Origin: Pirellulales bacterium
Lineage (GTDB): Bacteria; Planctomycetota; Planctomycetia; Pirellulales; PALSA-1355
Assembly (NCBI GenBank): GCA_963733035.1
Contig: CAVTBU010000005.1
Span: forward strand, 258,483-322,482
Direction of reading: 5' to 3'
Length of the DNA: 64,000 bases
The translations under genes were made by a program, and so were the position numbers. The notes under the pieces are model-generated. The model saw nothing but the letters and a program-made list of their open reading frames with translations, was not told where the DNA came from and made no database searches. Each line of letters opens with the position of its first letter. Within the stretch, counting starts at the first letter, position 1. This document shows, one piece after another, positions 28,181-38,406 of the stretch.

Positions 28181-29143
28181 GTGCGTGTCGTGGCTGTCGC
28201 AACAACGTTCGTTATCCTAACCATGCTCTGGAGCTATTGCACCCAGGTCGTAGCCGCCGATCTGCCGCCCAGCGAGCAAGTGCGGCCGGTTAAGTTGCTC
28301 GACGTCGACAACTATTGCGAGGGAGTCGTGTTCGACTCCGACGGTCTTGGCTACCTGTCGCACGGCAAAGTGATCGTACAATTTACCCTCGACGGCAAAG
28401 GCGCCGTGTGGGCGGAAACGGGCGCCCCCAATGGACACAAGATTCTCGCCGACCGGACGCACCTGGTGTGCGATGCCAGTCACCATGCAGTGCTACACTT
28501 GTCGGCCGATGGCACCCCCCTGCCACATGCATCCAGCCGTTGCGCGGGCGAACCCCTCCGCGGCCCGAATGACTTGACGCTCGACACGCCGAACGGGGGT
28601 TTCTATTTCAGCGATCCCGGTGGATCGAGCGACATCCATCCGATTGGCACCGTTCACTACGTCGACCGCGATGGAAAGACAACGCTCATCGACAGCGAAC
28701 TGGCATTTCCCAATGGCATCGTGCTCACAATCGACGGCAAGAAGTTGTACCTTGCCGAGAGCAAGAAGAATCGCGTGCTGGTTTACGAAGTCGTCGCGCC
28801 AGGCAAAGTCGCCAATCGCCAGGTGCTCGCTGAACTTCCGACGAAGGACCCAGCCGCTGGCCAAATTGACAGCCAGCCAGACGGGATGTGCCTCGACGCA
28901 GCCGGAAATCTCTACGTCGCTCACTATGGCATGCAACAAGTGCAAGTGCTCAGCCCCGAAGGCAAGCTCCTTCGCCGCTATCCCGGTGGCAATGTCACGA
29001 CAAGCAACGTGGCCTTCGGTGGTCCCCGTCGGGATCAGCTTTTCATCACCGGCGGACTCGGCGCCGAAGCCGGCGGCGGCGGGTTGTTTCGCCTCGACCT
29101 TGGCGTCCCGGGGCTGAATATTTTGCCAACCGCCGGCAACTAA
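28181..29143 (+). CDS. SMP-30/gluconolactonase/LRE-like six-bladed propeller protein, secreted
   Basis: 'CEGVVFDSDGLGYLS', 'GPNDLTLDTPNGGFYFSDPG' and 'FPNGIVLTIDGKKLYLAES'. The start is uncertain. GTG 28181 gives a signal peptide 'VRVVAVATTFVILTMLWSYCTQVVAA', whereas the ORF-track start 27932 would abut the divergent gene. Confidence 0.75.
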   Translation: MRVVAVATTFVILTMLWSYCTQVVAADLPPSEQVRPVKLLDVDNYCEGVVFDSDGLGYLSHGKVIVQFTLDGKGAVWAETGAPNGHKILADRTHLVCDASHHAVLHLSADGTPLPHASSRCAGEPLRGPNDLTLDTPNGGFYFSDPGGSSDIHPIGTVHYVDRDGKTTLIDSELAFPNGIVLTIDGKKLYLAESKKNRVLVYEVVAPGKVANRQVLAELPTKDPAAGQIDSQPDGMCLDAAGNLYVAHYGMQQVQVLSPEGKLLRRYPGGNVTTSNVAFGGPRRDQLFITGGLGAEAGGGGLFRLDLGVPGLNILPTAGN

Positions 29144-29182
29144 ACATTCCTCGCTTCCACACCTCCAGTGAGAGTCACCAAG

Positions 29183-30082
29183 ATGCAAATCACTCGTTGT
29201 ATAGTAAGCCTCTCGCTCAGCCCCCTGCTCCTCGCCGCCTTGGCGTCCATCGCGGCGGCTCACGATGCATACGAACTGGGACCCGATTCGAAGCGTCAGG
29301 ACGGCGTTCCCGAAGGCAAAGTCACCAGACATCAAATTACCAGCCGCGTCTTTCCCGGCACCGAGCGGGACTACTGGGTATATGTTCCCCAGCAATACAA
29401 ACCCGAAGAACCGGCCTGCGTTATGGTCTTTCAAGACGGCCGGTGGTACGTCGACAACGAACGAGACTTCCGCGTGCCGATCGTATTCGACAATTTGATC
29501 CACAAAGCCGAAATGCCGGTCACCATCGGCATTTTTATCAATCCGGGCACGATACCGTCGGAAGTCGAGGGGGGTAAACCGCGCGAGAACCGCAGTTTCG
29601 AGTACGATTCGCTCAGCCCGCGGTATGCCGACTTCTTAAAGAAAGAGATTCTGCCCGCGGTCGCCAAGGACTACAAGCTTACCGACAAGCCCGAGGAGCG
29701 GGCCATTTGCGGTATCAGTTCCGGCGGCATTTGCGCATGGACGGTCGCTTGGGAACAGCCGGAGATGTTTCAAAAAGTGTTAAGCCACGTGGGCAGCTTC
29801 ACGAACATTCGCGGCGGGCACGTTTACCCAGCCCTCATCCGCAAGACCGAGCGACAGCCGATTCGCGTCTTCCTACAAGACGGTGACGAAGACCTCGACA
29901 ACGCGCACGGCAATTGGCCGCTCGCAAATCAGCAAATGGCCGCAGCGCTGAAATTTGCCGGCTATGACTACGTGTTTGAGTACGGCCACGGCGGGCACAA
30001 CGGCAAGCACGGCGGAGCGATTCTACCTGATTCGCTCCGTTGGCTATGGAAAGACGTTGTCTCGGCACGTGCCGAGCAATAG
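29183..30082 (+). CDS. secreted esterase (enterochelin-esterase-like alpha/beta hydrolase)
   Basis: Signal peptide, '[11 protein letters not shown]', the nucleophile elbow 'GISSGG', and a C-terminal 'GGHNGKHG'. Confidence 0.8.
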   Translation: MQITRCIVSLSLSPLLLAALASIAAAHDAYELGPDSKRQDGVPEGKVTRHQITSRVFPGTERDYWVYVPQQYKPEEPACVMVFQDGRWYVDNERDFRVPIVFDNLIHKAEMPVTIGIFINPGTIPSEVEGGKPRENRSFEYDSLSPRYADFLKKEILPAVAKDYKLTDKPEERAICGISSGGICAWTVAWEQPEMFQKVLSHVGSFTNIRGGHVYPALIRKTERQPIRVFLQDGDEDLDNAHGNWPLANQQMAAALKFAGYDYVFEYGHGGHNGKHGGAILPDSLRWLWKDVVSARAEQ

Positions 30083-30086
30083 CCAA

Positions 30087-30836
30087 CTATTTGCCGGTGT
30101 ATCGTCGGCGCCAGACCAGTGCCGCGGCAATGCCCGAGAGAGCCAGTACAAACACAGACGGCTCGGGAACAATGATGCTCGGCGTGCCGTTGAACTGGGG
30201 CTCGCTCAGGCTGGTGCCGTAGAGAAACCGCGCGGCTGTGATCAGGGCGTCCGGCTCGCCACTAAAACCAGCCAATGTGAAGACCACAGAGTTCTTAATC
30301 AAATTCTGTCCGCTGACGCCACCGTTGCCGGTTGAAAGATCGTCGCCGGCGCTGGTGATGCCATACTGAAGTCCGTCTGGACTGGCAGGGCCCTGCAGAT
30401 TGTCTCCGGGGAACAGATTTCCGGAGCCAAAGTCGCTGAGTCCGGTTGACGAAATCCCTTCGTTGAATCCAGCCGGATTGCTGATGCCGTTGGCGTACGC
30501 CCATTCGCCACCGACGACGCCGCCCGATGGTGTCACGTCGCTGCCGCTGCCGCCGACCAGAACGGAATTGCCGGCCGGTACAAGCGCCGAAACGCGGGTC
30601 AGCGCGGGATCGCCATCCACCTGGAAAAAAACAGCCGTGAGAACGTCCGTGGGTACCAAAACATCAGCTAGCGAAGTGTTGGTGAGTTCAACCAGCAGGT
30701 CGCTACCAGACCGTGTGAACTCCACGGAAGCGGAACGACTACCGCTCGTGAATGCGAAAGAAATCGAGCCTGCCAAAGCGGGTTGGGCAAACAGCAGAGT
30801 GCCCCACAGCAGGGCGCATGCAGTTTTCAGGAGCAT
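30087..30836 (-). CDS. PEP-CTERM sorting-domain protein
   Basis: Signal peptide and a C-terminal 'VPEPSVFVLALSGIAAALVWRRR' (PEP motif, TM helix, basic tail). Confidence 0.85.
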   Translation of the reverse strand: MLLKTACALLWGTLLFAQPALAGSISFAFTSGSRSASVEFTRSGSDLLVELTNTSLADVLVPTDVLTAVFFQVDGDPALTRVSALVPAGNSVLVGGSGSDVTPSGGVVGGEWAYANGISNPAGFNEGISSTGLSDFGSGNLFPGDNLQGPASPDGLQYGITSAGDDLSTGNGGVSGQNLIKNSVVFTLAGFSGEPDALITAARFLYGTSLSEPQFNGTPSIIVPEPSVFVLALSGIAAALVWRRRYTGK

Positions 30837-31208
30837 CTGGTCTTCAGGGGTGCAAAATCAGTGGGGGGTGGCGACGCTCAGGTTGGTCCGCCCTCGCCAA
30901 AATCTGTGCGTTTCGGCCCATATTAATTGGCCATGCCCATCTGTCAACGCGTACGCAGGAAAATCTGCATACTGCGGTTGTGCGCAATTCTCGCCGCCGT
31001 TGGCAGTATCGCAGTTCGACGTAGAGTTTGGGCGATTTAGCGAATGGGGGACATGAGCTACTGGCGCCAGATTACACAATCGTAACGGCACGCGATGGCA
31101 TCACGCGCACGCAGCTAGGTGCACAGTTCCAAGTGGGCGTCGCCCCAAAGTGGTGTTCACGCTCCAAGCCCTTGCGAGAGTGTGAGTTTCGCATTACGCT
31201 TGCCGTCC

Positions 31209-32564
31209 ATGCAGCAACGTAAGTCCCAGGCAATTCCCGATTCCGCCGTCCGACCAGCCCGCTCCTGGTACCCTTGGGCGGTGGTCGGGATGCTGTGGTT
31301 CATTTGCTTTTTCAACTATGCTGATCGTCAGGCCATCGCGGCGGTTTTGCCGGTGCTGGGCGACGAATTCGACTTTTCGAAAACCGAGCAGGGACTGATT
31401 GCCTCGGCCTTCATGTGGGTTTATGCGCTCTCGGCACCCATGGCGGGCGGCGTCGGCGACCGCACCTCGCGCAAGCTGTTGATCCTCGGCGGTTTGTACG
31501 TCTGGAGCATTGTCACGGGTTTCACCGCTGCCTGTGGCAAACTCTGGCAATTCGTGTTCGTGCGTGGGGCCGAAGGACTGGGCGAGACATTCTATTTTCC
31601 CGCGTCCATGTCGTTGGTCAGCGACTACCACTCCAAACGTACGCGCAGCCGAGCCATGAGCTTGCACCAAACGAGCGTCTATGCTGGCACGGTCGGTGGT
31701 GCCTGGTTTGCCGGTTGGATGACCATGGTGAGCGGCGACTGGCGATGGTCCTTTGTCGCCCTGGGTGGCGCGGGTGTGGTGCTGGGGCTGGTGCTGATGT
31801 TCTTCATTCGCGAACCCGAGCGAAACGAAGCCGAGCGCCGCGAAGCAGGTGAACTCGATACGGGGCATCCCACCGCCAGCGCGTCTTCGACGCAAAAAAG
31901 CGGTTTTCTGACCGGTGCGCTGGCCACATTTGGCGACGTGATGAAATTCGGATGGGAACTCTTACAGAATCCGGCCGCGCTGTTGCTCGTGGCTGCTTTC
32001 TGCGGGGCGAATTTCGTGGCGTTCGTTTTTATCACTTGGATGCCTACCTTTCTGCGTGAGGAATATCAATTGAATTTGGCCGCGGCGGGTTTTGCGGCCA
32101 CTGTGTATATGCAGGTGGCTAGCATGGTAGGTTCGATCGTCGGCGGGTTCTTGGCCGACCGCTGGGGGCAGTATCGCGCCGGTGGCCGAAGTCTCGTGCA
32201 GGCTTTGGGAATCGCGATCGGGGCGCCGTTCATCTATTGGGTCGGCGTCGCGCCGGAACTCAACACGGTGCTCGTGGCCATGACCTGCTTCGGCTTTGCC
32301 AAGGGGATTTACGACTCAAACATCTGGGCGTCGCTCTACGACGTCGTGCCCGCCGAAAGCCGCGGCAAGGCCGTGGGTTTTACGAACATGATCGGCTGGA
32401 TCGGCGCTGGCGTCGGCGCCACGGCTTTCGGAGCCGTCGTCGACCGCGGCTACACGATGAGCCAAACTCTCGCTTCAACCGTGGTGATCTACATCGGCAT
32501 CGCTGGCTTGTTGGTGCTTGCCTCACTGTTGGCGGCGCGTCGCGCAGCTCCTCTGGGGACGTAG
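31209..32564 (+). CDS. MFS transporter
   Basis: About 12 TM segments, with 'FNYADRQAI' and 'GGVGDRTSRKLLILGG' (MFS loop 2-3 motif). Start at ATG 31209. Confidence 0.85.
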   Translation: MQQRKSQAIPDSAVRPARSWYPWAVVGMLWFICFFNYADRQAIAAVLPVLGDEFDFSKTEQGLIASAFMWVYALSAPMAGGVGDRTSRKLLILGGLYVWSIVTGFTAACGKLWQFVFVRGAEGLGETFYFPASMSLVSDYHSKRTRSRAMSLHQTSVYAGTVGGAWFAGWMTMVSGDWRWSFVALGGAGVVLGLVLMFFIREPERNEAERREAGELDTGHPTASASSTQKSGFLTGALATFGDVMKFGWELLQNPAALLLVAAFCGANFVAFVFITWMPTFLREEYQLNLAAAGFAATVYMQVASMVGSIVGGFLADRWGQYRAGGRSLVQALGIAIGAPFIYWVGVAPELNTVLVAMTCFGFAKGIYDSNIWASLYDVVPAESRGKAVGFTNMIGWIGAGVGATAFGAVVDRGYTMSQTLASTVVIYIGIAGLLVLASLLAARRAAPLGT

Positions 32565-32584
32565 TCGACTTTCCACGCGCGCAC

Positions 32585-35500
32585 TCACCGGAAATCGCGA
32601 GACTGCGAGCGCAGCCCTCGTAAACGCTCGGATAGATCTTCCAGCTTCGTCACCAGCACGTGGATTACCTGCCCTTGCCGCTGCAGTCGGCCGTGGGCCA
32701 CGAAAGTCGAAGCCGTGCGTGCTACGCGATAGAACTTCTGCCACACGTCCTGGCGAATGATAAGGTTTGCCGTGCCGGTTTCGTCTTCGAGCGTAACGAA
32801 CGTGATGCCCTTGGCCGTGCTGGGCCGCTGCCGCATCAGCACGATGCCCGCCACGCGGACGTGATGGTTTTCTGGATGCGTTGCCAACCGCTCCGACGGC
32901 AGGATGCCCCAAGCATCGAGTTCTTCGCGCACAAACTGCATTGGATGGGCCTTGAGCGAGAGACCGGCCGTGCGATAGTCGGCGAGTACTTCCTCCTCCA
33001 TCTCCAATTCCGGCAGCTGCACGGCCGGCTCGTCTTCGTTCGCTAGCGCTCCAAACAACGGCATCTCGCGCGGCTTCTTTTCCTGCGACAATGCCTGCCA
33101 GAGTGCTCCGCGGCGATTCAGCTGCAGCGAGACAAACGCATCGGCCTCCGCCAGTCGGGATGCCACGGCCCGGCTCAACCGCGTGCGACGCGCGAAATCG
33201 TCCCAACCGAGAAAAGGCCCGATTGCCCGCGCTGCCTCAATCGCTCGGGCATGAGTCTCCGACAGCCCGTTGACAAACCGCAGCCCCAGCCGCAATGCCC
33301 CATCCTCGAGCGTCGAATCCCAACCACTGGCATTCACATCCACGGGCCGCACTTCGACGCCGTGCTCCTGGGCGTTGCGCACGAGTTGGGACGGTGCGTA
33401 AAAACCCATCGGCTGGCTGTTCAAAACCGCGGCGCAGAAGGCAGCCGGGTAATAGTGTTTCAGCCACGCCGACACGTAGACCAATAGCGCAAAGCTGGCC
33501 GCGTGCGATTCGGGAAAGCCGTATTCGCCGAACCCGCTGATCTGGCGAAATACGGCCTCGGTAAACTTGAGGGTCAGGCCGCGACGTTGCATGCCGTCGA
33601 GCAACTTCTGGCGAAACTGCTCGATGATACCCGGTCTTCGCCAGGCTCCCATCGCGCGGCGCAGTTGATCGGCCTCGCCGGGCGTGAACCCGGCCGCAAC
33701 CACGGCCAACGACATCGCCTGCTCCTGAAACAGGGGCACGCCAAGCGTTCGCTTGAGCACCTCGCGAATCGCCTCGTTGGGATAGGCAACTTCCTCCTCG
33801 CCCAACCGCCGGCGCAAATAAGGGTGCACCATATCTCCCTGAATCGGACCGGGTCGCACGATCGCCACTTCGATGACCAGATCGTAAAACGTCCGGGGCC
33901 GCAAGCGCGGCAGCATGCTCATTTGGGCCCGGCTTTCGATTTGAAACACGCCCATCGTATCGGCCCGGCCGATCATGTCGTACACGGCCTCGTCCCCTTC
34001 GGGAATCGCTGCTAGCGAAAGCTCGCGGCCGGTGTGCTGCTCGACCAGTGCAAAGCACTTACGAATCGCCGTCAGCATGCCCAGCGACAGACAATCGACC
34101 TTCAGGATGCCGAGCTCATCGAGATCGTCCTTGTCCCACTCGATTACCGTGCGGTCTTCCATGGCCGCGTTTTCGATCGGCACCAGTTCGCAGAGCGGTC
34201 CCTGAGTCATCACCATGCCGCCGACGTGCTGTCCCAAATGCCGCGGGAAACCAACCAGTTCGCCCACCAGGTTCACCAACCGCCGGCCCAGAAACGAATC
34301 GGGATCGATGCCCACGTCGCGGCAGCGCACGGGCAGCGCCTGGTCCAGATGGTGCCCTTCCAAACTCTTGGCCAATGCATCAACTCGATCAAGCGACAGG
34401 CCGAGTGCCTTGCCCACGTCGCGCACGGCCGAGCGCGGTCGGTAGGTAATCACTTCGGCGGTCATGCCGGCTCGCTCGCGGCCATACTTGTCGTACAAAT
34501 ATTGCAACACCTCTTCGCGCCGCTCGTGTTCGAAATCGATGTCGATGTCGGGAGCCTCGTTCCGCTCGCGGCTGAGAAACCGCTCGAACAGCACGTCCAG
34601 CCGCCCCGGATCGACAGCCGTGACTCCCAGACAAAAACAAACCGCCGAGTTGGCCGCACTGCCGCGGCCCTGGCATAAGATGCCACGCCCGCGGGCGAAT
34701 CGCACCAGGTCGTACACGGTCAGAAAATACGCCTCGTAGCGAAGATCCGCAATCAAGGCCAGCTCGTGCTCCACGAGCGAGCACACCTTGTCGGGAACGC
34801 CCTGTGGATAGCGCTCGCGGCGCCGGCCCAGGTCAAGCGGGTTAAATATTGCAGCGGTGTTTCGCCCGGCGGTGCCAATTCCTCGGGATACTCGTAACGC
34901 AACTCGTCCAGCGAGAACGTCGACCGCTCGGCAATTTCCAGCGTGCGGGCGATGGCCGCCGGTGCCGCGGCAAAACGTTCGGCCATTTCCGCGGGCGACT
35001 TCAAATAACGCTCGGCGTTGGCGAACAACCGATCTCCGGCTTCGGCCACGGTCATCCCCAGGCGAACCGCCGTGAGCGTGTCCTGCAAACCGAGCCGCCC
35101 GCGGGTGTGATAGTGGACATCACCTGCCGCCACCAGTGGCAATCGCGAGCGCCGTGAAAGATCGACCAACCGCGCAATCACCGTTCCGTCATCTGCTCCT
35201 CTCGTCAGTTCCGCCGTTAGATAACCACGATCGGCGAACAGTTCGCGATACCGGCCGAGCGTGCGAAGTACACCGCGCCCAGTCGCTGCGCCACGGACAT
35301 CGCCGGGTAGCACGCCGCACAACAAGCCTTCGGCATGTTGTGCAAGCTCGTCGAATGAAAGCCGGAATTCTCCTTTGGGGGCTTGCCGGCGACCGCGTGT
35401 GATCAACCGCGCCAACCGACCGTACGAGGCTCGATCGGTCGTCCAAAGCAGCACCGGTGGAGCATCGAGCAAATGGATCTCGGCACCGATGATGAGCCGC

Positions 35501-35682
35501 AGTTGCAAATCCTTCGCCGCCCCGTGCGCCCGCACTACGCCGGCCAGCGAGTTGCGATCCGTCACCGCCAGCGCAACCAGCCCCAATTCCGCCGCCCGCA
35601 GCGCCAGTTCATCCGGATGCGAAGCCCCTTCCAGAAATGAAAAGTTCGTTTTGCAATGCAACTCGGCATACCGCGGCCCCAA
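32585..35682 (-). pseudogene. dnaE2: error-prone DNA polymerase III alpha-like DnaE2 (ImuC); frame broken near 34816/34817 (or assembly indel)
   Basis: The N-terminal fragment 34753..35682 (PHP domain) reads 'MGPRYAELHCKTNFSFLEGASHPDEL...'. The C-terminal fragment 32585..34786 reads '...LVEHELALIADLRYEAYFLTVYDLVRFARGRGILCQGRGSAANSAVCF...'. One nt added in 'gccgc|gagcgc' restores '...WAGAAERYPQGVPDKVCSLVEHELALI'. The combined length of about 1030 aa fits DnaE2. Confidence 0.85.
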
Positions 35683-35799
35683 TCGCGAACATGCGCCAGT
35701 GGCTCGGCAAGACGCGGGCGCTTACTGGATAAGGGGGGATCAGGCATGGGAAGAATGGGACAAGGAATTACGAATGGCACGCCGACGAATCTGCAGCAA

Positions 35800-37491
35800 T
35801 TACAAAAATTGGCCATGCAAGAACCACTGGCCGGCGTTTAGTTCTCGGAACAGCCAATACCGCTGGCCGCTTTCTGTCTCCACCTGGTAGTAGTCGCGGC
35901 GAATGCATTGGCCGCGCCACCAGCCAGTTTCGATTCGCTCGGGGCCCCAGTGATGTACGATGCGATGGTCCGCGCCGGCGTGACAAAATTTCACCGGCGG
36001 GCCGTCGGGTACAACGGAAATCACGTCCAGCGTTTCGGGCTCCGGCCGAAGGCTCAGCGGCCGATCGCCCGGCTGCAGCGATGAGCGAGAGCCATCGGGG
36101 CCTGAGGATGCCACGCGGCGTTTGGCATGGCGGGTCTTCAAACTTGCCACGGGCTTGTACTGGCAGGCGAACTCCGGCTGCGCGCCGGAAAGCAGCCATG
36201 GCCGCACCACGGCATGCGCTCCCAGGCGATTGCTTAACCGGTCGACCAGCGCCGCCAGCTCGCGCGGCGACTCGCGATTTTCGTTCCCCAACTCGGCGAA
36301 AAATTCCTGCTGCTGAAACTCCAGGGCATCCAGCGCCAGCACTTCGAAGCGAATCGCCACCAGTGGCTCACGAAACCGCACCCCATCGAGCTTCAATCGC
36401 ACCAGTTCGCCCACGTGTCGCTCGGACGCGCTCGGTCGATACAGGCCGATGACAAATTCCAGGGCACTGTCCTGCTCGGGGACGAAACGGCAAGCCAAGC
36501 GTAACACTCCCCGCCGCTCGCGGGCCAATGCCTGGCAAACCCGCGCGACGAGTTGCTCGACCACCCACTCGATCATCTCGCGGCGGCCGGTGGGATGCTC
36601 GAGCAACCACTCGAACGTCCACTCTGGCGGCACGTCTCGGGCCACGATCGCTTCGGCCGCTGCCCCCAGGACCTGATCGAGCCGCAGCAGCACCAGCGGA
36701 CCGAACCGCGCCAGCAGCGTCTCACGCGGCAGTGCCGCCAATTGTTCGATGCGTTTGATTCCCAGCTCTCCGAACAAGAAGCACGTCTCGGCCGGCAATC
36801 GCAGCGCCGCCGGCGGCAGCGGCGCGAGTGCCGACGCGGTTTCTTCCGCCGGCACCAACAGCGGCTGGCCAAGCGCCCTCAAGATCGACGCCGCATCGAG
36901 CGCCGCCCTCGCATCTGCCAGCGGCGTAAAATGCGTCGCGGCCCAGGCGGCCCCAAGCGTATCGGCCAGTGCCACGCGAGCCACCAATCGGCGGCGGCGA
37001 AAATCCGTCACGATTCGCCGGGCAAGCGCCGGCTCACCCCCGCAAAGCGGCCCTAATCCCGTGACGTCCAGCAGCAAGCTATCCGCCGGTGCCGTGTCCT
37101 CAATGCCAGCCGCTTCGATGCCGACCGTGGGAGCAAACCGCTGGCAATCGTCGGCCAGCGCCTCGAGCGCCAAACGATCAGCCACTGGATCAGCCATCTC
37201 CAGGTGGAGTTGTTCGCAATGGCCGGCAGCCGTTGGCTGGTCCGTGGCGATTCGCAGCGCCAGGGCAGTCGCTTCGGCCAACGGCATCCCCGGTCGAATG
37301 CCGCCTGCACTCCGTGGATCCCAATTGCTGGCAGCCGCCTGATCCAATCGCTGGCAATAAGCCGTGACTTTCGCCCCGCCAGACGCGTGCAACTCGTAGA
37401 GCACAACGGCCCGCCGACTAAGCTCGGCGCGAGCGGCGGCGAGTCGTTGCAGCGGCCATTGAGGGAGCCAGATGCAGAGAGCCCGTTTCAT
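35800..37491 (-). CDS. imuB: ImuB (Y-family polymerase-like mutasome subunit)
   Basis: Start at ATG 37491 ('MKRALCIWLPQWPLQRL', the typical ImuB N-terminus), because the upstream 98 codons of the ORF look non-coding. The C-terminus reads 'HHWGPERIETGWWRGQCIRRDYYQVETESGQRYWLFRE'. It sits between imuA and dnaE2. Confidence 0.8.
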   Translation of the reverse strand: MKRALCIWLPQWPLQRLAAARAELSRRAVVLYELHASGGAKVTAYCQRLDQAAASNWDPRSAGGIRPGMPLAEATALALRIATDQPTAAGHCEQLHLEMADPVADRLALEALADDCQRFAPTVGIEAAGIEDTAPADSLLLDVTGLGPLCGGEPALARRIVTDFRRRRLVARVALADTLGAAWAATHFTPLADARAALDAASILRALGQPLLVPAEETASALAPLPPAALRLPAETCFLFGELGIKRIEQLAALPRETLLARFGPLVLLRLDQVLGAAAEAIVARDVPPEWTFEWLLEHPTGRREMIEWVVEQLVARVCQALARERRGVLRLACRFVPEQDSALEFVIGLYRPSASERHVGELVRLKLDGVRFREPLVAIRFEVLALDALEFQQQEFFAELGNENRESPRELAALVDRLSNRLGAHAVVRPWLLSGAQPEFACQYKPVASLKTRHAKRRVASSGPDGSRSSLQPGDRPLSLRPEPETLDVISVVPDGPPVKFCHAGADHRIVHHWGPERIETGWWRGQCIRRDYYQVETESGQRYWLFRELNAGQWFLHGQFL

Positions 37492-38218
37492 GATGCTTAC
37501 CTCGCCAGCTATGCAAACCGTGCCACGCTCTCGGTTCGGGAAGCTCCAGTTCGATCGCGCGGCCAGTTTGCCCCATGCGCGAGCGCAGCAGCTCCACCCG
37601 TAGCCGCCGCGTGCGGATCGACTGGGTCGCCGGGCGCCGAAGCGGCTCGACCCCCAGTCGCAACTCGGCCCAGGAAGGCTCAGCCCGGGCCTCCGGTCCG
37701 CGCAACAAAAAACCCAACACGCCGCTGCCTTCGGCGGCCAACTGCCAACGGCGGAACGCATGATCATCGGCCCGCTCGACCGCACACCAGACGACCGCCA
37801 CGCCGCGCGAGCGAAGCACCTGGTCGAGTGCCCAATCCTGATCGGCGTCGCTGCCGGGCCGCACCACGATCAGTTGTTCGAGCCGAATGCCCAGACCAAT
37901 CGCGGCCGGAGGGTAAAACCGCCGTGTTCGATCGATCACCACCAGCGATCCCCCGACACTCAGTGCTTCGCATGCCGCCAATAGTGCGAGGGTACCCGCC
38001 CCGCTGGCGTCGCCCCTTCCTAGCCATTCCACCAGGGTTCCCCGGCGAAAGCCTCCCTCGGACAGCAACGCATCGAGTTCCGCCTGCCCACTGGAAATCA
38101 CTTCGCCCGAACCCACACTCCAGCGTGTCCCTTCGATCTGGCGCATGCGCTCAGCCAGCGATTCGAGGACGGCGGCCCGCTGTGGGCTAGAAAGATCGCA
38201 CTGGTGGAGTTGAGTCAT
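37418..38218 (-). CDS. imuA: ImuA (RecA/SulA-fold translesion-synthesis protein)
   Basis: 'ISSGQAELDALLSEGGFRRGTLVEWLGRGDASGAGTLALLAA...LIVVRPGSDADQDWALDQVLRSRGVAVVW' fits the ImuA pattern. Start at ATG 38218 ('MTQLHQ'). The 3' end overlaps the imuB start by 74 nt, so its last ~25 codons are uncertain. Confidence 0.75.
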   Translation of the reverse strand: MTQLHQCDLSSPQRAAVLESLAERMRQIEGTRWSVGSGEVISSGQAELDALLSEGGFRRGTLVEWLGRGDASGAGTLALLAACEALSVGGSLVVIDRTRRFYPPAAIGLGIRLEQLIVVRPGSDADQDWALDQVLRSRGVAVVWCAVERADDHAFRRWQLAAEGSGVLGFLLRGPEARAEPSWAELRLGVEPLRRPATQSIRTRRLRVELLRSRMGQTGRAIELELPEPRAWHGLHSWRGKHHETGSLHLAPSMAAATTRRRSRRA

Positions 38219-38240
38219 CGCAGGTTCCTTGCTACCATAA

Positions 38241-38256
38241 GTGTACATATGTATCC
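38241..38256. promoter_or_regulatory. palindromic operator candidate (SOS-box-like) upstream of imuA
   Basis: GTGTACATATGTATCC with a perfect 10-bp palindrome TACATATGTA at 38244-38253, 25 nt upstream of the imuA ATG. It is an AT-rich island in GC-rich DNA and resembles GTAC-N4-GTAC-type LexA boxes, though imperfectly. Confidence 0.4.
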
Positions 38257-38406
38257 TTATCGGCGGCAAGGCGAACAAAAATAACTTTCCCACGTTAGAG
38301 CCATTAAAAATGGCCGCCGAGGGAAAAAGAGGCGCAATTTAGGAGCAGAAATGGGCAATCGCCGTGCTAGCAAAGCGACTTGCCGCCCGCCCCAGAGACA
38401 GGGGCC

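Noticed and set aside
38302-38316. Small AT-rich hairpin GCCATT-AAA-AATGGC downstream of the 38407 gene
   Set aside because: It has only a 6-bp AT-rich stem and no following T-run on the relevant strand. It is too weak to call a terminator.
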